From an uncultured Gammaproteobacteria bacterium (GTDB lineage Bacteria > Patescibacteriota > Microgenomatia > UBA10105 > UBA927): a stretch of 37,050 bases of DNA. Positions 17,366 through 26,429 of this stretch are shown in pieces. How positions within the stretch are numbered: the stretch's first letter is position 1; each line of letters opens with the position of its first letter. The stretch is from NCBI GenBank assembly GCA_964630015.1, contig CAZVTJ010000003.1:1-37050 (forward strand). Direction: 5' to 3'. The notes below the pieces were generated by a model. It saw nothing but the letters and a program-made list of their open reading frames with translations. It searched no databases and was not told where the DNA came from. The position numbers were made by a program, and so were the translations under genes.

Positions 17366-18460
17366 ATGAGTTCACTGTCTGAACGGATTACCACGCTTTC
17401 AACATCCATAAAGGAAAAAGCACTTCCCGGTGATCTTGAGTCCCGACTTTTGTCCATGGCGGAAGAAATTACCCGCCTTGAACACGATATCAGCGCATTT
17501 GTCCATATTGAACAGATGCTTTCCTATATCGAATGGGCGATTTCCCTTCCGTGGAACGAGCGGACAATAGACCAGTTGAATCTGGACCACGCAAAAGAAC
17601 TCCTGAATAAACACCATTACGGGTTAACGAGTGTAAAGGATAGGATTCTGGAATATTTGGCAGTACTCAAACTGCAGTCATCCATCCAGATCGGAACGTC
17701 GGTCCAGAATGCCACACCGGAAAGTGCAGTTTCCCACGGGATTCTTGCCCGGCGTGCCCCCATTTTGTGTTTAGTTGGGCTTGTCGGTACGGGGAAAACA
17801 ACATTGGCCAAATCCATCGCTCTTGCCATGGGGAGGAAATTTATCCGGATTCCATTCGGGGGAATGAGCGACGCAAGCGAACTTCGCGGACAATCACGGG
17901 TACGGCCCGATGCAGAAATCGGAAGTATATTAAAAGGTCTCCGGACTGCAGGATCGAAAAATCCCGTCATACTGCTTGATGAAATAGACCGTGTTGCGGA
18001 ACATGCCCGCGGGGATATTATGGGAGTGCTTGTTGAGCTTCTGGATCCGGAGCAGAATAAGGCGTTTACGGATCATTATCTGGATTATCCGTTTGATCTT
18101 TCGGAAGCGCTTTTTGTTGCCACAAGCAATAATACGGTCAATATTTCAACGGCCGTGTTGGACCGGTTGGAGCCGATCCAAATGCCCTCCTACACGGATG
18201 AGGAAAAAATAACGATTGCGAAAAATTACGTATTACCCGAACTGCTGCAATCATCAGGACTCCCGCCATCGGCATTGGTGATAGAAGATGCAGTATGGGG
18301 AAAACTTGTCCGGCCTCTTGGTTACGATGCAGGAATCAGGAGTCTGGAACGGACAATCAATGCACTCGTACGTAAAGCTGCCCTTCGCACTGCCCAGGGA
18401 GTCACCGAACCGCTTACCGTAACGGAGTATTCTATGAAGGAGTACATAGAGACATATTAA
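17366..18460 (+). CDS. Lon-like AAA+ ATPase module without LAN N-domain and without protease domain
   Basis: Collinear with E. coli Lon residues ~260-585 as I recall them: YIEWAISLPWN, HYGLTSVKDRILEYLAV, ILCLVGLVGTGKTT (Walker A), ILLDEIDR (Walker B), ATSN, VLDRLE, DAGIRSLER. The ORF ends at the AAA/protease boundary. Confidence 0.8.
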   Translation: MSSLSERITTLSTSIKEKALPGDLESRLLSMAEEITRLEHDISAFVHIEQMLSYIEWAISLPWNERTIDQLNLDHAKELLNKHHYGLTSVKDRILEYLAVLKLQSSIQIGTSVQNATPESAVSHGILARRAPILCLVGLVGTGKTTLAKSIALAMGRKFIRIPFGGMSDASELRGQSRVRPDAEIGSILKGLRTAGSKNPVILLDEIDRVAEHARGDIMGVLVELLDPEQNKAFTDHYLDYPFDLSEALFVATSNNTVNISTAVLDRLEPIQMPSYTDEEKITIAKNYVLPELLQSSGLPPSALVIEDAVWGKLVRPLGYDAGIRSLERTINALVRKAALRTAQGVTEPLTVTEYSMKEYIETY

Positions 18461-18464
18461 CCAT

Positions 18465-19076
18465 ATGGCGCAGGTTGCCCATATACTGTTTGATTTAGGC
18501 GGTGTGGTATTGCGGGCAAAAAAGCAGATGACACCGCTTGTCATGTCGCTTGCGTTTAAACTTCCGGTTGATGTGACACAGTCGCTGTACCAGACAACCG
18601 TCGGGAATTGGCGCATCGGGAAAATTACCGGTAAGGAATGTATTGCCCGTATTAAATTCCAATATAATCTGAAGGAATCACCGGAAGAACTATTGCAAAG
18701 GTACACAGAGGCATATGCACAGCTTTCCGAAATAGACGAGGATATGACGCGGCTCATCGACCGGCTTCGGTCTGGGTATACCGTTTCGGCATTTAGCAAC
18801 ATGGTGGATATCCATGTTGATGTCAATGAAAACCGGGGTGTATATTCCCATTTTGACTATGTGTTCGTTTCCTGCAGGATGGGTGTTGCAAAACCGGATC
18901 CGGCTGCCTATGCGTTTGTAACAAAAGCACTCAAAGCCGATCCGTCCGAATGTCTGTTTATCGATGACACGATGGAAAATATCCGTGCGGCACAAAGCTT
19001 CGGAATGAAAACGTATGCGTTTGACTCACGGGAACATGTAGAAGATTTTTTACGAAAGGAATTGGTTTATTCGTAA
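18465..19076 (+). CDS. HAD-superfamily hydrolase (subfamily IA, YihX-like motif I)
   Basis: Motif I ILFDLGGVV, motif III/IV CLFIDDTMENIRAAQSFGM. It starts 4 nt after the Lon-like stop. Confidence 0.8.
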   Translation: MAQVAHILFDLGGVVLRAKKQMTPLVMSLAFKLPVDVTQSLYQTTVGNWRIGKITGKECIARIKFQYNLKESPEELLQRYTEAYAQLSEIDEDMTRLIDRLRSGYTVSAFSNMVDIHVDVNENRGVYSHFDYVFVSCRMGVAKPDPAAYAFVTKALKADPSECLFIDDTMENIRAAQSFGMKTYAFDSREHVEDFLRKELVYS

Positions 19077-19088
19077 GCCAAAAAAAGT

Positions 19089-20834
19089 ATGAATGTACAA
19101 ACAATGAAGAATTTTTCGCCGTTTGGGCGGAAAAAAATATATACGGGCCAGGCAACAACAGGTCGGGGAACCATACGACTTGTTCAGCTCGGCGGTGCGG
19201 GAAACGTAACGAAAAATATGTATGCGTACGAGTACCGCGAAGAAGGAAGAATCAGGGATATTCTTCTGGTTGACTGCGGAGTGGGTTTTCCCGATCCGGA
19301 TATGTACGGAATCGACCTTGTGATTCCGGATATCCGCTATCTTGCGGATAAAATCAAATATATCCGCGGACTTGTATTTACCCATGGCCACGATGACCAT
19401 ATCGGTGCACTTCCGTATCTTTACCCGAAACTTGGGGGGATACCGATGTGGGGAACACCGCTGACGGCGGCATTTGCGAATCTAAAGCTTCGTGAAGTGA
19501 AAATTAACGCAAAAGTTACGCCTGTCGACTATGACAAAACATTGACACTTGGCGTATTCCGGGTATCGTTTATTCGGTTGACCCATTCAATACCGGATCC
19601 ATCACATCTGGTGATCGAAACGCCGATCGGGATTATATATCACGGTGCAGATTATAAGTTTGATTTCAATCCACTTGATGGGAAATTACCAGATATTGAC
19701 GCAATTAATGCCGTCGGCAGGCGGAATGTACTGCTGATGACGACGGATTGTCTAGGAAGTGAACGACCCGGATTTACCCCGTCGGAACAGAAAATCCGTG
19801 ACGCGATCATCCGTGATCTGGACAATACTCCCGGAAAATTTCTCTTTACCACGCAGTCGAGCAATATATCCCGTATCCAACTGGCGATTGATATCGCCCG
19901 GTCGCGTGGTAGGCAAGTGACGTTTTTAGGCCGTTCGGTTCATCAGAATGTTGAAGAGTCCGTAAAACTTTCCTACATGCGTTTTCACAGGGAACTTATC
20001 GTACGGGATCGGGATTTAAAACGGGTACCCCCCTCAAAACAATTTCTGATCGTTGCCGGAGCACAGGGTCAACCGGAATCAGCCCTATCCCGGATTGCCA
20101 ATGATAGGCATCAATTTGTCTCTATTGGTGAAGGGGACACGGTTATGTTTTCTGCAGATGCAATTCCGGGAAACGAAAATTCGGTTAATGCGCTTATCGA
20201 TCAGATATACCGTTCCAGCGCACGGGTTACCTATACGGGGATTGCCGATGATCTTCATGTTTCAGGGCACGGAAGTCAGGCTGATTTAATGCTGCTTCTG
20301 TCCGCACTTGGTCCCAAATATATCCTTCCGATTGGCGGAACGTACCGGCATGTCATGAATTACCGGATGCTTGCCCAGGAATACGGATATCCCAAAAAAG
20401 CGGTTCTGATTCCGAATCAGGGGGAAGTTTTGGAATTATATCCGGACCGTCCACCGAGGGTGGTGGAAACCATCAGTCTGGAAAATGTGATGGTCGATGG
20501 ACTTGGAATCGGCGATGTGGGGAATGTAGTACTCCGAGACAGGCAGACGATTGCCTCCGAAGGAATCGTTGTGGTTGTTGTACCTATTGATGGGGAGACG
20601 GGAAGAGTCGTCGGGGAGGCGGATGTTATTTCCCGGGGATTTGTCTATATCAAGGAATCGGGACCGCTCCTGGATAAAGCAAAACATGTAGTGACACGCT
20701 CTATCGTGACGAAAAAAGGAAGGATTACCGATTGGCGGTTTGTCCGCGAGCAGGTAGAAGAAAATCTTCAGATATTTCTGAAAAAGGAAACAGGACGCGC
20801 ACCGCTTATCGTTCCTGTCATTCTGGAAGTTTAA
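19089..20834 (+). CDS. rnj: Ribonuclease J (metallo-beta-lactamase / beta-CASP)
   Basis: LVDCGVGFPD, FTHGHDDHIGALPYL, HVSGHGSQADL, plus a C-terminal domain. 581 aa. Confidence 0.9.
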   Translation: MNVQTMKNFSPFGRKKIYTGQATTGRGTIRLVQLGGAGNVTKNMYAYEYREEGRIRDILLVDCGVGFPDPDMYGIDLVIPDIRYLADKIKYIRGLVFTHGHDDHIGALPYLYPKLGGIPMWGTPLTAAFANLKLREVKINAKVTPVDYDKTLTLGVFRVSFIRLTHSIPDPSHLVIETPIGIIYHGADYKFDFNPLDGKLPDIDAINAVGRRNVLLMTTDCLGSERPGFTPSEQKIRDAIIRDLDNTPGKFLFTTQSSNISRIQLAIDIARSRGRQVTFLGRSVHQNVEESVKLSYMRFHRELIVRDRDLKRVPPSKQFLIVAGAQGQPESALSRIANDRHQFVSIGEGDTVMFSADAIPGNENSVNALIDQIYRSSARVTYTGIADDLHVSGHGSQADLMLLLSALGPKYILPIGGTYRHVMNYRMLAQEYGYPKKAVLIPNQGEVLELYPDRPPRVVETISLENVMVDGLGIGDVGNVVLRDRQTIASEGIVVVVVPIDGETGRVVGEADVISRGFVYIKESGPLLDKAKHVVTRSIVTKKGRITDWRFVREQVEENLQIFLKKETGRAPLIVPVILEV

Positions 20835-20841
20835 TACCCCG

Positions 20842-22674
20842 TTATACAGTGGGAGAGAGTCCGCGGTTTACGCGGTCTCGCGCGGTCTTGGTAAGATATT
20901 TTTTCCGGAGCCGCAGGTTTTCCGGCGTAATTTCCAATAGCTCGTCGTCTTCAATAAAATCCAGACACTGTTCAAGCGTCATGATGACGGGAGGATCCAG
21001 ATGAACGGCGATATCGGCATTGGCGGAATGGATGTTATTGAGTTTTTTCCCTTTACAGATATTCATTTCAATATCATCCTGCCTGCTGTTGAGGCCAACG
21101 ATCATACCTTCATAGACAGCGGTTCCGGGTACGACAAACGTTTTTCCCCGCTGTTGGGCTGGTTCGAGCGAATAGGCGGTTGCCGTTCCTGTTTCAAGCG
21201 AGACAATGACGCCGTTTCGAAGTTTCGGAATAACGGATCCAACCGGGAAATAGCCGATGGTTTGTGTGGCAAATACCCCGTTTCCGCGGGTTTTCGTAAG
21301 GATATCGCCCCTAAATCCCAGAAGGTTTCTGCTGCTGACTTTATAGACCATTCTGGTAATACCGCGTTCGTCGGTGTGGGTATCAACCAACTCTGCCTTT
21401 CTTCGTCCGAGGTCTTCCGTGATAATGCCGATGAACGATTGGTCGATTTCGATGGTTAGTTCCTCGAACGGTTCACAGGGAACCCCTTCGATTTCCTTCA
21501 TGATGACTTCCGGTTTTCCCACCTGAAGTTCATATCCTTCTCGCCGCAGTGTCTCAAGAAGAACGGCAAGGTGAAGTTCCCCCCGGCCTGCCACAATAAA
21601 GCTTGATCCTCCGGCGTTTTCGGTTATACGAAGACCAAGATTAGTTTTTTTCTCCTTCATGAGCCGATTTCCGATTTGCCGGACGGTTACAAACTGTCCT
21701 TCCTTCCCGGAAAATGGCGAGGTATTTGCCGCAACGGTAATTTTGAGTGTCGGTTCCTGGATGGTGATTTTCGGGTATCCGACAAGATGGTTTGGATCGC
21801 ACAGCGTCTGGCCGATGGCAATATCGGCAATACCGGTTACGGCAATAATGTCTCCCGGTTCACTCTGGGGGACTTCGACACGTTTGAGTCCGTTGCTCGT
21901 ATATATGTGTTCGATTTTTCCCGACCCGATTTTCTTCATTTCATCCATGATGGCTACCTGCTGGCCGGATTTGATTGTCCCCTGATAAATTTTTCCGATT
22001 GCATAGGTGCCTTTGTAATCATCGAAATCAAGATTGGATACCAGCATGGAAAACGGGAGTGCAGCATCAGTAGACGGCGGGGGAATGACGCGGAGAATTT
22101 CTTCAAACAGCGGTTCCAATGAACCGTTTTCATTTGGATTTGCGGGGAATGTCTTCCAGACTTTTCCAGCCCTTCCGATTCCATAGAGGGTGGTAAAACC
22201 CAGATGGGATTCATCCGTTGCCAGACGCAAGAACAGGTCTTCTATGTCATTCACAACCGCTTCGGGCCGTGCATCCGCGCGGTCAATTTTATTGACCAGC
22301 ACCAGTATCGGAAGATTCCTTTCCAGCGCTTTACGGGTTACGAATTGCGTTTGGGGAAGAGGGCCTTCTGCCGCATCGACAATCAGGAGTGCTCCGTCTG
22401 CCATGTTAATCACGCGTTCGACTTCACCGCCGAAATCGGCATGTCCCGGGGTGTCGATAATATTTATCTTTGTGGATTTATAGAAAACGGAAGTTGTTTT
22501 GGCAAGAATCGTGATGCCTTTTTCCCGTTCAAGTGTATTACTGTCAAGAATGGTTGTTTCCGTCATTGCCGCTTCGTTATCCCGGAATGTATGCGTTTGC
22601 TTAAGCATCGCATCCACGAGCGTTGTTTTTCCGTGGTCAACATGGGCGATAATGGCGATATTTCTGATATCCAT
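20842..22674 (-). CDS. typA: Translational GTPase TypA/BipA
   Basis: IRNIAIIAHVDHGKTTLVDAMLKQ, IIDTPGHADFGGEVER, VNKIDR. The 610-aa length and domain order are typical of BipA. Confidence 0.95.
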   Translation of the reverse strand: MDIRNIAIIAHVDHGKTTLVDAMLKQTHTFRDNEAAMTETTILDSNTLEREKGITILAKTTSVFYKSTKINIIDTPGHADFGGEVERVINMADGALLIVDAAEGPLPQTQFVTRKALERNLPILVLVNKIDRADARPEAVVNDIEDLFLRLATDESHLGFTTLYGIGRAGKVWKTFPANPNENGSLEPLFEEILRVIPPPSTDAALPFSMLVSNLDFDDYKGTYAIGKIYQGTIKSGQQVAIMDEMKKIGSGKIEHIYTSNGLKRVEVPQSEPGDIIAVTGIADIAIGQTLCDPNHLVGYPKITIQEPTLKITVAANTSPFSGKEGQFVTVRQIGNRLMKEKKTNLGLRITENAGGSSFIVAGRGELHLAVLLETLRREGYELQVGKPEVIMKEIEGVPCEPFEELTIEIDQSFIGIITEDLGRRKAELVDTHTDERGITRMVYKVSSRNLLGFRGDILTKTRGNGVFATQTIGYFPVGSVIPKLRNGVIVSLETGTATAYSLEPAQQRGKTFVVPGTAVYEGMIVGLNSRQDDIEMNICKGKKLNNIHSANADIAVHLDPPVIMTLEQCLDFIEDDELLEITPENLRLRKKYLTKTARDRVNRGLSPTV

Positions 22675-22754
22675 ATATAAAATCCAAAGAAAAATGCCTG
22701 CGATCGGAGCAAAAAAATACCAAGCCCCTTCATACAGGCCTTCTACGTATACAA

Positions 22755-22783
22755 AGTATATCAGATCCGGTTGAAAAAGTCAG
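22755..22783 (-). promoter_or_regulatory. Candidate typA promoter (extended -10)
   Basis: Minus strand: CTGACT (22783-22778), a 17-nt spacer, then TGaTATACT (22763-22755). It lies about 80 nt upstream of the typA ATG. Confidence 0.4.
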
Positions 22784-22800
22784 GGAGTGTACCGTATACT
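22771..22800 (+). promoter_or_regulatory. Candidate ftsK promoter, back-to-back with the typA promoter
   Basis: TTGAAA (22771-76), an 18-nt spacer, then TATACT (22795-22800). The -10 ends 7 nt before ATG 22808. Confidence 0.4.
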
Positions 22801-22807
22801 AGTCTAT

Positions 22808-25003
22808 ATGGCAAAGAGACGGAAATACCGCCACCGCAGTCATTTCAAAATTAAATTGAAGAAAGAAACCGTGAAGACAATCGGTGCAATCTGGATGTGG
22901 CTTATTGCTGCAACAATTTTTCTGTCTTTTTTCGGCAGCGGATCACCGATCCATATGATTCATGATGAACTCTTTGGGCAGATTGGATGGGCGACGTACG
23001 TTATCCCCGGTATATTGGTCGTGATGAGTTTGTTGTTTTTTAAACTCAAACATCCGATCGCCCAGCCGAATGTATCACTCGGTTTAATCCTGATGCTTTG
23101 TTCCCTGATTCCGCTTACCCAGACGGGAATGGTAGGGGAATCGCTGATGACCTGGCTTACGACTTCGGTATCGGCGGAATTTACGTATATATTGTTTATT
23201 TCCCTGTTTATCGTCGGACTGGTGCTGACGTTTAATGCTTCACTGGATAAGGCCGTATCTTTATTTTTAGTTGCATGCGAAAAACTGTGGAAATGGATAA
23301 AGGGTTTGTTTAGTGCAAAAAAGGGAAAACAAATCGGAAAGCCATTGTTCCCCAATGAAAAAGCACCGCTTGTGATTAAGGGGATGGATACGGAGAAGCC
23401 CTTGGGAAAACCGGATATGGTAGTTCCCCAGACTGGAGGAAAAGAAAATAAACCGACTATCGCAGCAGGAAAACAGGGGGTTGCGGCAAATGCGGTCCAA
23501 ACGGCTGATTCAAAAATCGTTTCTCCGGTATCTTCACAGGCACTTAAAATTTGGGAGTATCCTCCGGATACCCTTTTATCTGACGGACCCAACGAAAAGG
23601 CTGATCGGGGGGATGTAAATCAAAACGCACAAACGATTTATGATACGCTTGCCGACTTTGGAATCCGTACTCATGTTGAAGAAGTAAATCGCGGTCCGGC
23701 AGTTACGCAGTATGCGCTTCGGATAGCCTCCGGAGTTAAATTATCAAAAATTACATCATTATCCAGCGATTTGGCCCTTGCTCTTGCGGCACCCACCGGA
23801 CAAGTCCGTATCGAAGCGCCAATTCCCGGACGGAATTTGGTTGGTATAGAGATTCCAAATAGGGGTCTTGAGTTTGTAACATTGAAACGAATGATTCGTT
23901 CGCCGGACATGAAACCGGGGAAGAAAAAGTTGACGGTCGCCCTCGGGCTTGATGTATCGGGAAATCCTGTTGTGACCGATATTGCCAAAATGCCCCATTG
24001 TCTGGTTGCCGGCACGACCGGTTCGGGGAAATCCGTGTTGATAAATGCATTTATCTGCTCCATTTTATTCCGTACAACCCCACAGGAGGTCCGCCTGATC
24101 CTTGTTGATCCCAAACGGGTTGAATTAACTGGATATAACGGAATCCCGCATTTATTGGCACCGGTTATTGTTGAACCGGACCAGATTTTGTCGTCGCTGC
24201 ATTGGGCAATCAAGGAAATGGAAGATAGATATAAGAAATTTGCGGAAGTGGGAGTTCGCAATATCGATGGATTTAATGAACAATCGGGATTCCAGGCAAT
24301 GCCCTATATCGTGATTATTATTGATGAACTTGCGGACCTGATGGCGTATGCACCCGCAGACGTAGAAGATTCTATTTGCCGGCTTGCCCAGATGGCACGG
24401 GCAACGGGAATCCATTTGGTGTTGGCAACACAACGGCCAAGCGTTGACGTTATTACCGGACTATTGAAAGCAAATATCCCAACGCGTATCGCATTCAACG
24501 TATCTTCCATGATCGATTCCCGCGTGATTATCGATATGCCGGGGGCCGAAAAATTGCTTGGACGCGGGGACATGCTGTTTATCCCGCCGGAACAAAGTAA
24601 ACCGAGCCGTATCCAGGGAACATTCGTTTCCGAACAGGAAGTCAACAAAGTAGTGGCGTTTTTAAAAACCCATAACCAACCAGTTCAATATACGGAAGAA
24701 GTCATCACAACACCGGTTCCTTCCGGGAAGAAGGGCACCGGATTTGCAGGCGGTGAAGGCGGGGAAGGAAAAGATCCTCTTTTTGAACAAGCCCTTTCCG
24801 TCGTGTGCCAAATGGACAAGGCATCATCATCGCTGTTGCAGAGAAAATTGAAAATCGGCTATGCACGGGCCGCACGGATTATTGATCAACTGGAAGAAGC
24901 GGGTGTTGTCGGTCCGGGTGAGGGTTCAAAACCCCGTGATGTGCTCATGAAAAACGCAAGTGAAGTCATGGAAAATCAATCCCAGCAGGAAGGAAACGGA
25001 TAA
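22808..25003 (+). CDS. ftsK: DNA translocase FtsK/SpoIIIE
   Basis: N-terminal TM helices, a linker, and a motor with Walker A (GTTGSGKSV) and Walker B (IIIDELADL). There is a C-terminal gamma winged helix (LLQRKLKIGYARAARIIDQLEEAGVVGP). ATG 22808 is preferred over GTG 22787. Confidence 0.92.
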   Translation: MAKRRKYRHRSHFKIKLKKETVKTIGAIWMWLIAATIFLSFFGSGSPIHMIHDELFGQIGWATYVIPGILVVMSLLFFKLKHPIAQPNVSLGLILMLCSLIPLTQTGMVGESLMTWLTTSVSAEFTYILFISLFIVGLVLTFNASLDKAVSLFLVACEKLWKWIKGLFSAKKGKQIGKPLFPNEKAPLVIKGMDTEKPLGKPDMVVPQTGGKENKPTIAAGKQGVAANAVQTADSKIVSPVSSQALKIWEYPPDTLLSDGPNEKADRGDVNQNAQTIYDTLADFGIRTHVEEVNRGPAVTQYALRIASGVKLSKITSLSSDLALALAAPTGQVRIEAPIPGRNLVGIEIPNRGLEFVTLKRMIRSPDMKPGKKKLTVALGLDVSGNPVVTDIAKMPHCLVAGTTGSGKSVLINAFICSILFRTTPQEVRLILVDPKRVELTGYNGIPHLLAPVIVEPDQILSSLHWAIKEMEDRYKKFAEVGVRNIDGFNEQSGFQAMPYIVIIIDELADLMAYAPADVEDSICRLAQMARATGIHLVLATQRPSVDVITGLLKANIPTRIAFNVSSMIDSRVIIDMPGAEKLLGRGDMLFIPPEQSKPSRIQGTFVSEQEVNKVVAFLKTHNQPVQYTEEVITTPVPSGKKGTGFAGGEGGEGKDPLFEQALSVVCQMDKASSSLLQRKLKIGYARAARIIDQLEEAGVVGPGEGSKPRDVLMKNASEVMENQSQQEGNG

Positions 25004-25016
25004 TTCCGTCTACCCC

Positions 25017-25655
25017 ATGAAAACGGTTGGAACAATGCTTCGTGAAGCGCGGCTTGCAAAAGGTATAACCATCGAACAGGCGGAATCCGTAACGCGGATC
25101 AGAAAAAAATTCCTTCTTGCAATGGAAACCGACAATTTTGCTTCATTGCCGTCGGTGACGTATGCGAAGGGGTTCGTTAAAAATTACAGCTCGTTCCTGT
25201 CGCTTGACAGCTCCGTCATGCTTGCGTTTTTCCGCCGTCAGATGGAAGACAGAAGCAGTGGTTCCGTGATGCCTAAAGGGATGGCGGAACCACTCAATAC
25301 GCCGTTTTTTACCCTGACGCCCGCTCGGTTTGTCGTGATACTTATTGCCGGTCTCATCGGATTATTCCTGTTTTATTTTTTCTTTCAATATAAACGGCTT
25401 GACCGGCCGCCCATACTTGTTGTTGACCAACCCCAAAACGAAAGTATTGCGACGGAAAAAAAGACCGATGTTATCGGATCAACGGATAACGATGCCACGG
25501 TAACGGTAAACGGTATTTCAGTTTTGGTTCGTCAGGACGGAAAGTTTTTTGATCAGGTAACCCTTGAGCCCGGGGTCAATACCATTACGATTGTGGCAAC
25601 AAGCCGGTTTGGAAAATCAACAACCGTAATCCGGAAAGTCGGATTCATGCAGTGA
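25017..25655 (+). CDS. RodZ-like membrane protein (XRE-type HTH + TM + Ig-like C-domain)
   Basis: MKTVGTMLREARLAKGITIEQAESVTRIRKKFLLAMETDNF..LP...YAKGFVKNY is the RodZ N-terminal pattern. TM helix: FVVILIAGLIGLFLFYFFF. ATG 25017 lies 14 nt after the ftsK stop. Confidence 0.7.
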   Translation: MKTVGTMLREARLAKGITIEQAESVTRIRKKFLLAMETDNFASLPSVTYAKGFVKNYSSFLSLDSSVMLAFFRRQMEDRSSGSVMPKGMAEPLNTPFFTLTPARFVVILIAGLIGLFLFYFFFQYKRLDRPPILVVDQPQNESIATEKKTDVIGSTDNDATVTVNGISVLVRQDGKFFDQVTLEPGVNTITIVATSRFGKSTTVIRKVGFMQ

Positions 25656-25714
25656 AAATGCCCGATTGACAGAGGTCCGTTTTGCCTGTAGTCTAAGGGA
25701 AAGTTGACCTGCCT

Positions 25715-25975
25715 ATGGATCCAATACCTGTCACCATCGTTATCGTACTTCTGACGCTTACTCTTGTTGTTGTGATCCTTTCCATCCAAGTATGGAATAT
25801 CCTGAAGGAATTTCATGGTACCGTTATCCGGATGAATAAAATCCTTGATGATACAGGACGCGTGACAGAAACAGTCGGGAATGGTGCGGAAGGATTATCG
25901 GCAGCTTTGTCAAATATTCGTTCTATTTCAGGTATTATCAGTGCGTTTCGTCGGAAAGGAGATTCCCATGTGTGA
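25715..25975 (+). CDS. DUF948-like small membrane protein
   Basis: 86 aa with an N-terminal TM followed by a helical region. It is paired with a YtxH-like gene, as is commonly seen in Firmicutes. Confidence 0.55.
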   Translation: MDPIPVTIVIVLLTLTLVVVILSIQVWNILKEFHGTVIRMNKILDDTGRVTETVGNGAEGLSAALSNIRSISGIISAFRRKGDSHV

Positions 25976-26357
25976 TTCATGCGATCGTGGAAAAGTTAAA
26001 TTTGCCGCAGGAGCAGTTCTTGGTGGCCTTATCGGAGCCGGTCTTGTGTATTTGATCGGAACTGAGGGTGGTAAAAGGATCCAGAAGGATGTTGCTAAAC
26101 GGGGAAAGACATTTATCGGAACCGTAGAGGAAAAAATCGGAGAATTGGAAGAAAAAGGAAGGGAACTCCTGGAACGCGGAGAGGAATTGAAGGACCAGAT
26201 TATAGAGGAGTTGGAAGAAAAAAAGGATGATATTTCCCAAGAAGCAACAAAACGGCTTGATACAGCACTTGAAAGTGTGGAAAAAGTCCAGGAAAAGGGA
26301 CTTTCATCCACGCAACAGATCAGGAAAAAGTTTTTCCGCAATACTCCGAAAAAATAA
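25968..26357 (+). CDS. YtxH-like protein (Gly-zipper TM + long charged helix)
   Basis: ATG 25968 is preceded by AAGGAG. It has FAAGAVLGGLIGAGLVYL followed by an E/K-rich coiled coil. It overlaps the DUF948 gene by 8 nt. The ORF-track start 25881 would overlap it by 95 nt. Confidence 0.6.
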   Translation: MCDSCDRGKVKFAAGAVLGGLIGAGLVYLIGTEGGKRIQKDVAKRGKTFIGTVEEKIGELEEKGRELLERGEELKDQIIEELEEKKDDISQEATKRLDTALESVEKVQEKGLSSTQQIRKKFFRNTPKK

Positions 26358-26414
26358 ACATCTAAATATATTCGATTTGATTGATGTGGGCTTCATAGAT
26401 TATCCATTTATGGA

Positions 26415-26423
26415 TGATATAAT
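26415..26423 (+). promoter_or_regulatory. Extended -10 element immediately upstream of alaS
   Basis: TGaTATAAT (26415-26423). Only 6 nt (ccttct) separate it from ATG 26430, and there is no SD. Confidence 0.45.
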
Positions 26424-26429
26424 CCTTCT

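Noticed and set aside
22960-24261. Minus-strand ORFs of 210 aa and 196 aa inside ftsK. Similar antisense ORFs occur in pnp (15589-16119), lon/HAD (18254-18826), nusA/infB (11791-12303) and the L,D-transpeptidase (3732-4235, plus strand).
   Set aside because: All are embedded in genes with clear homology on the opposite strand, and none has a recognisable domain signature.
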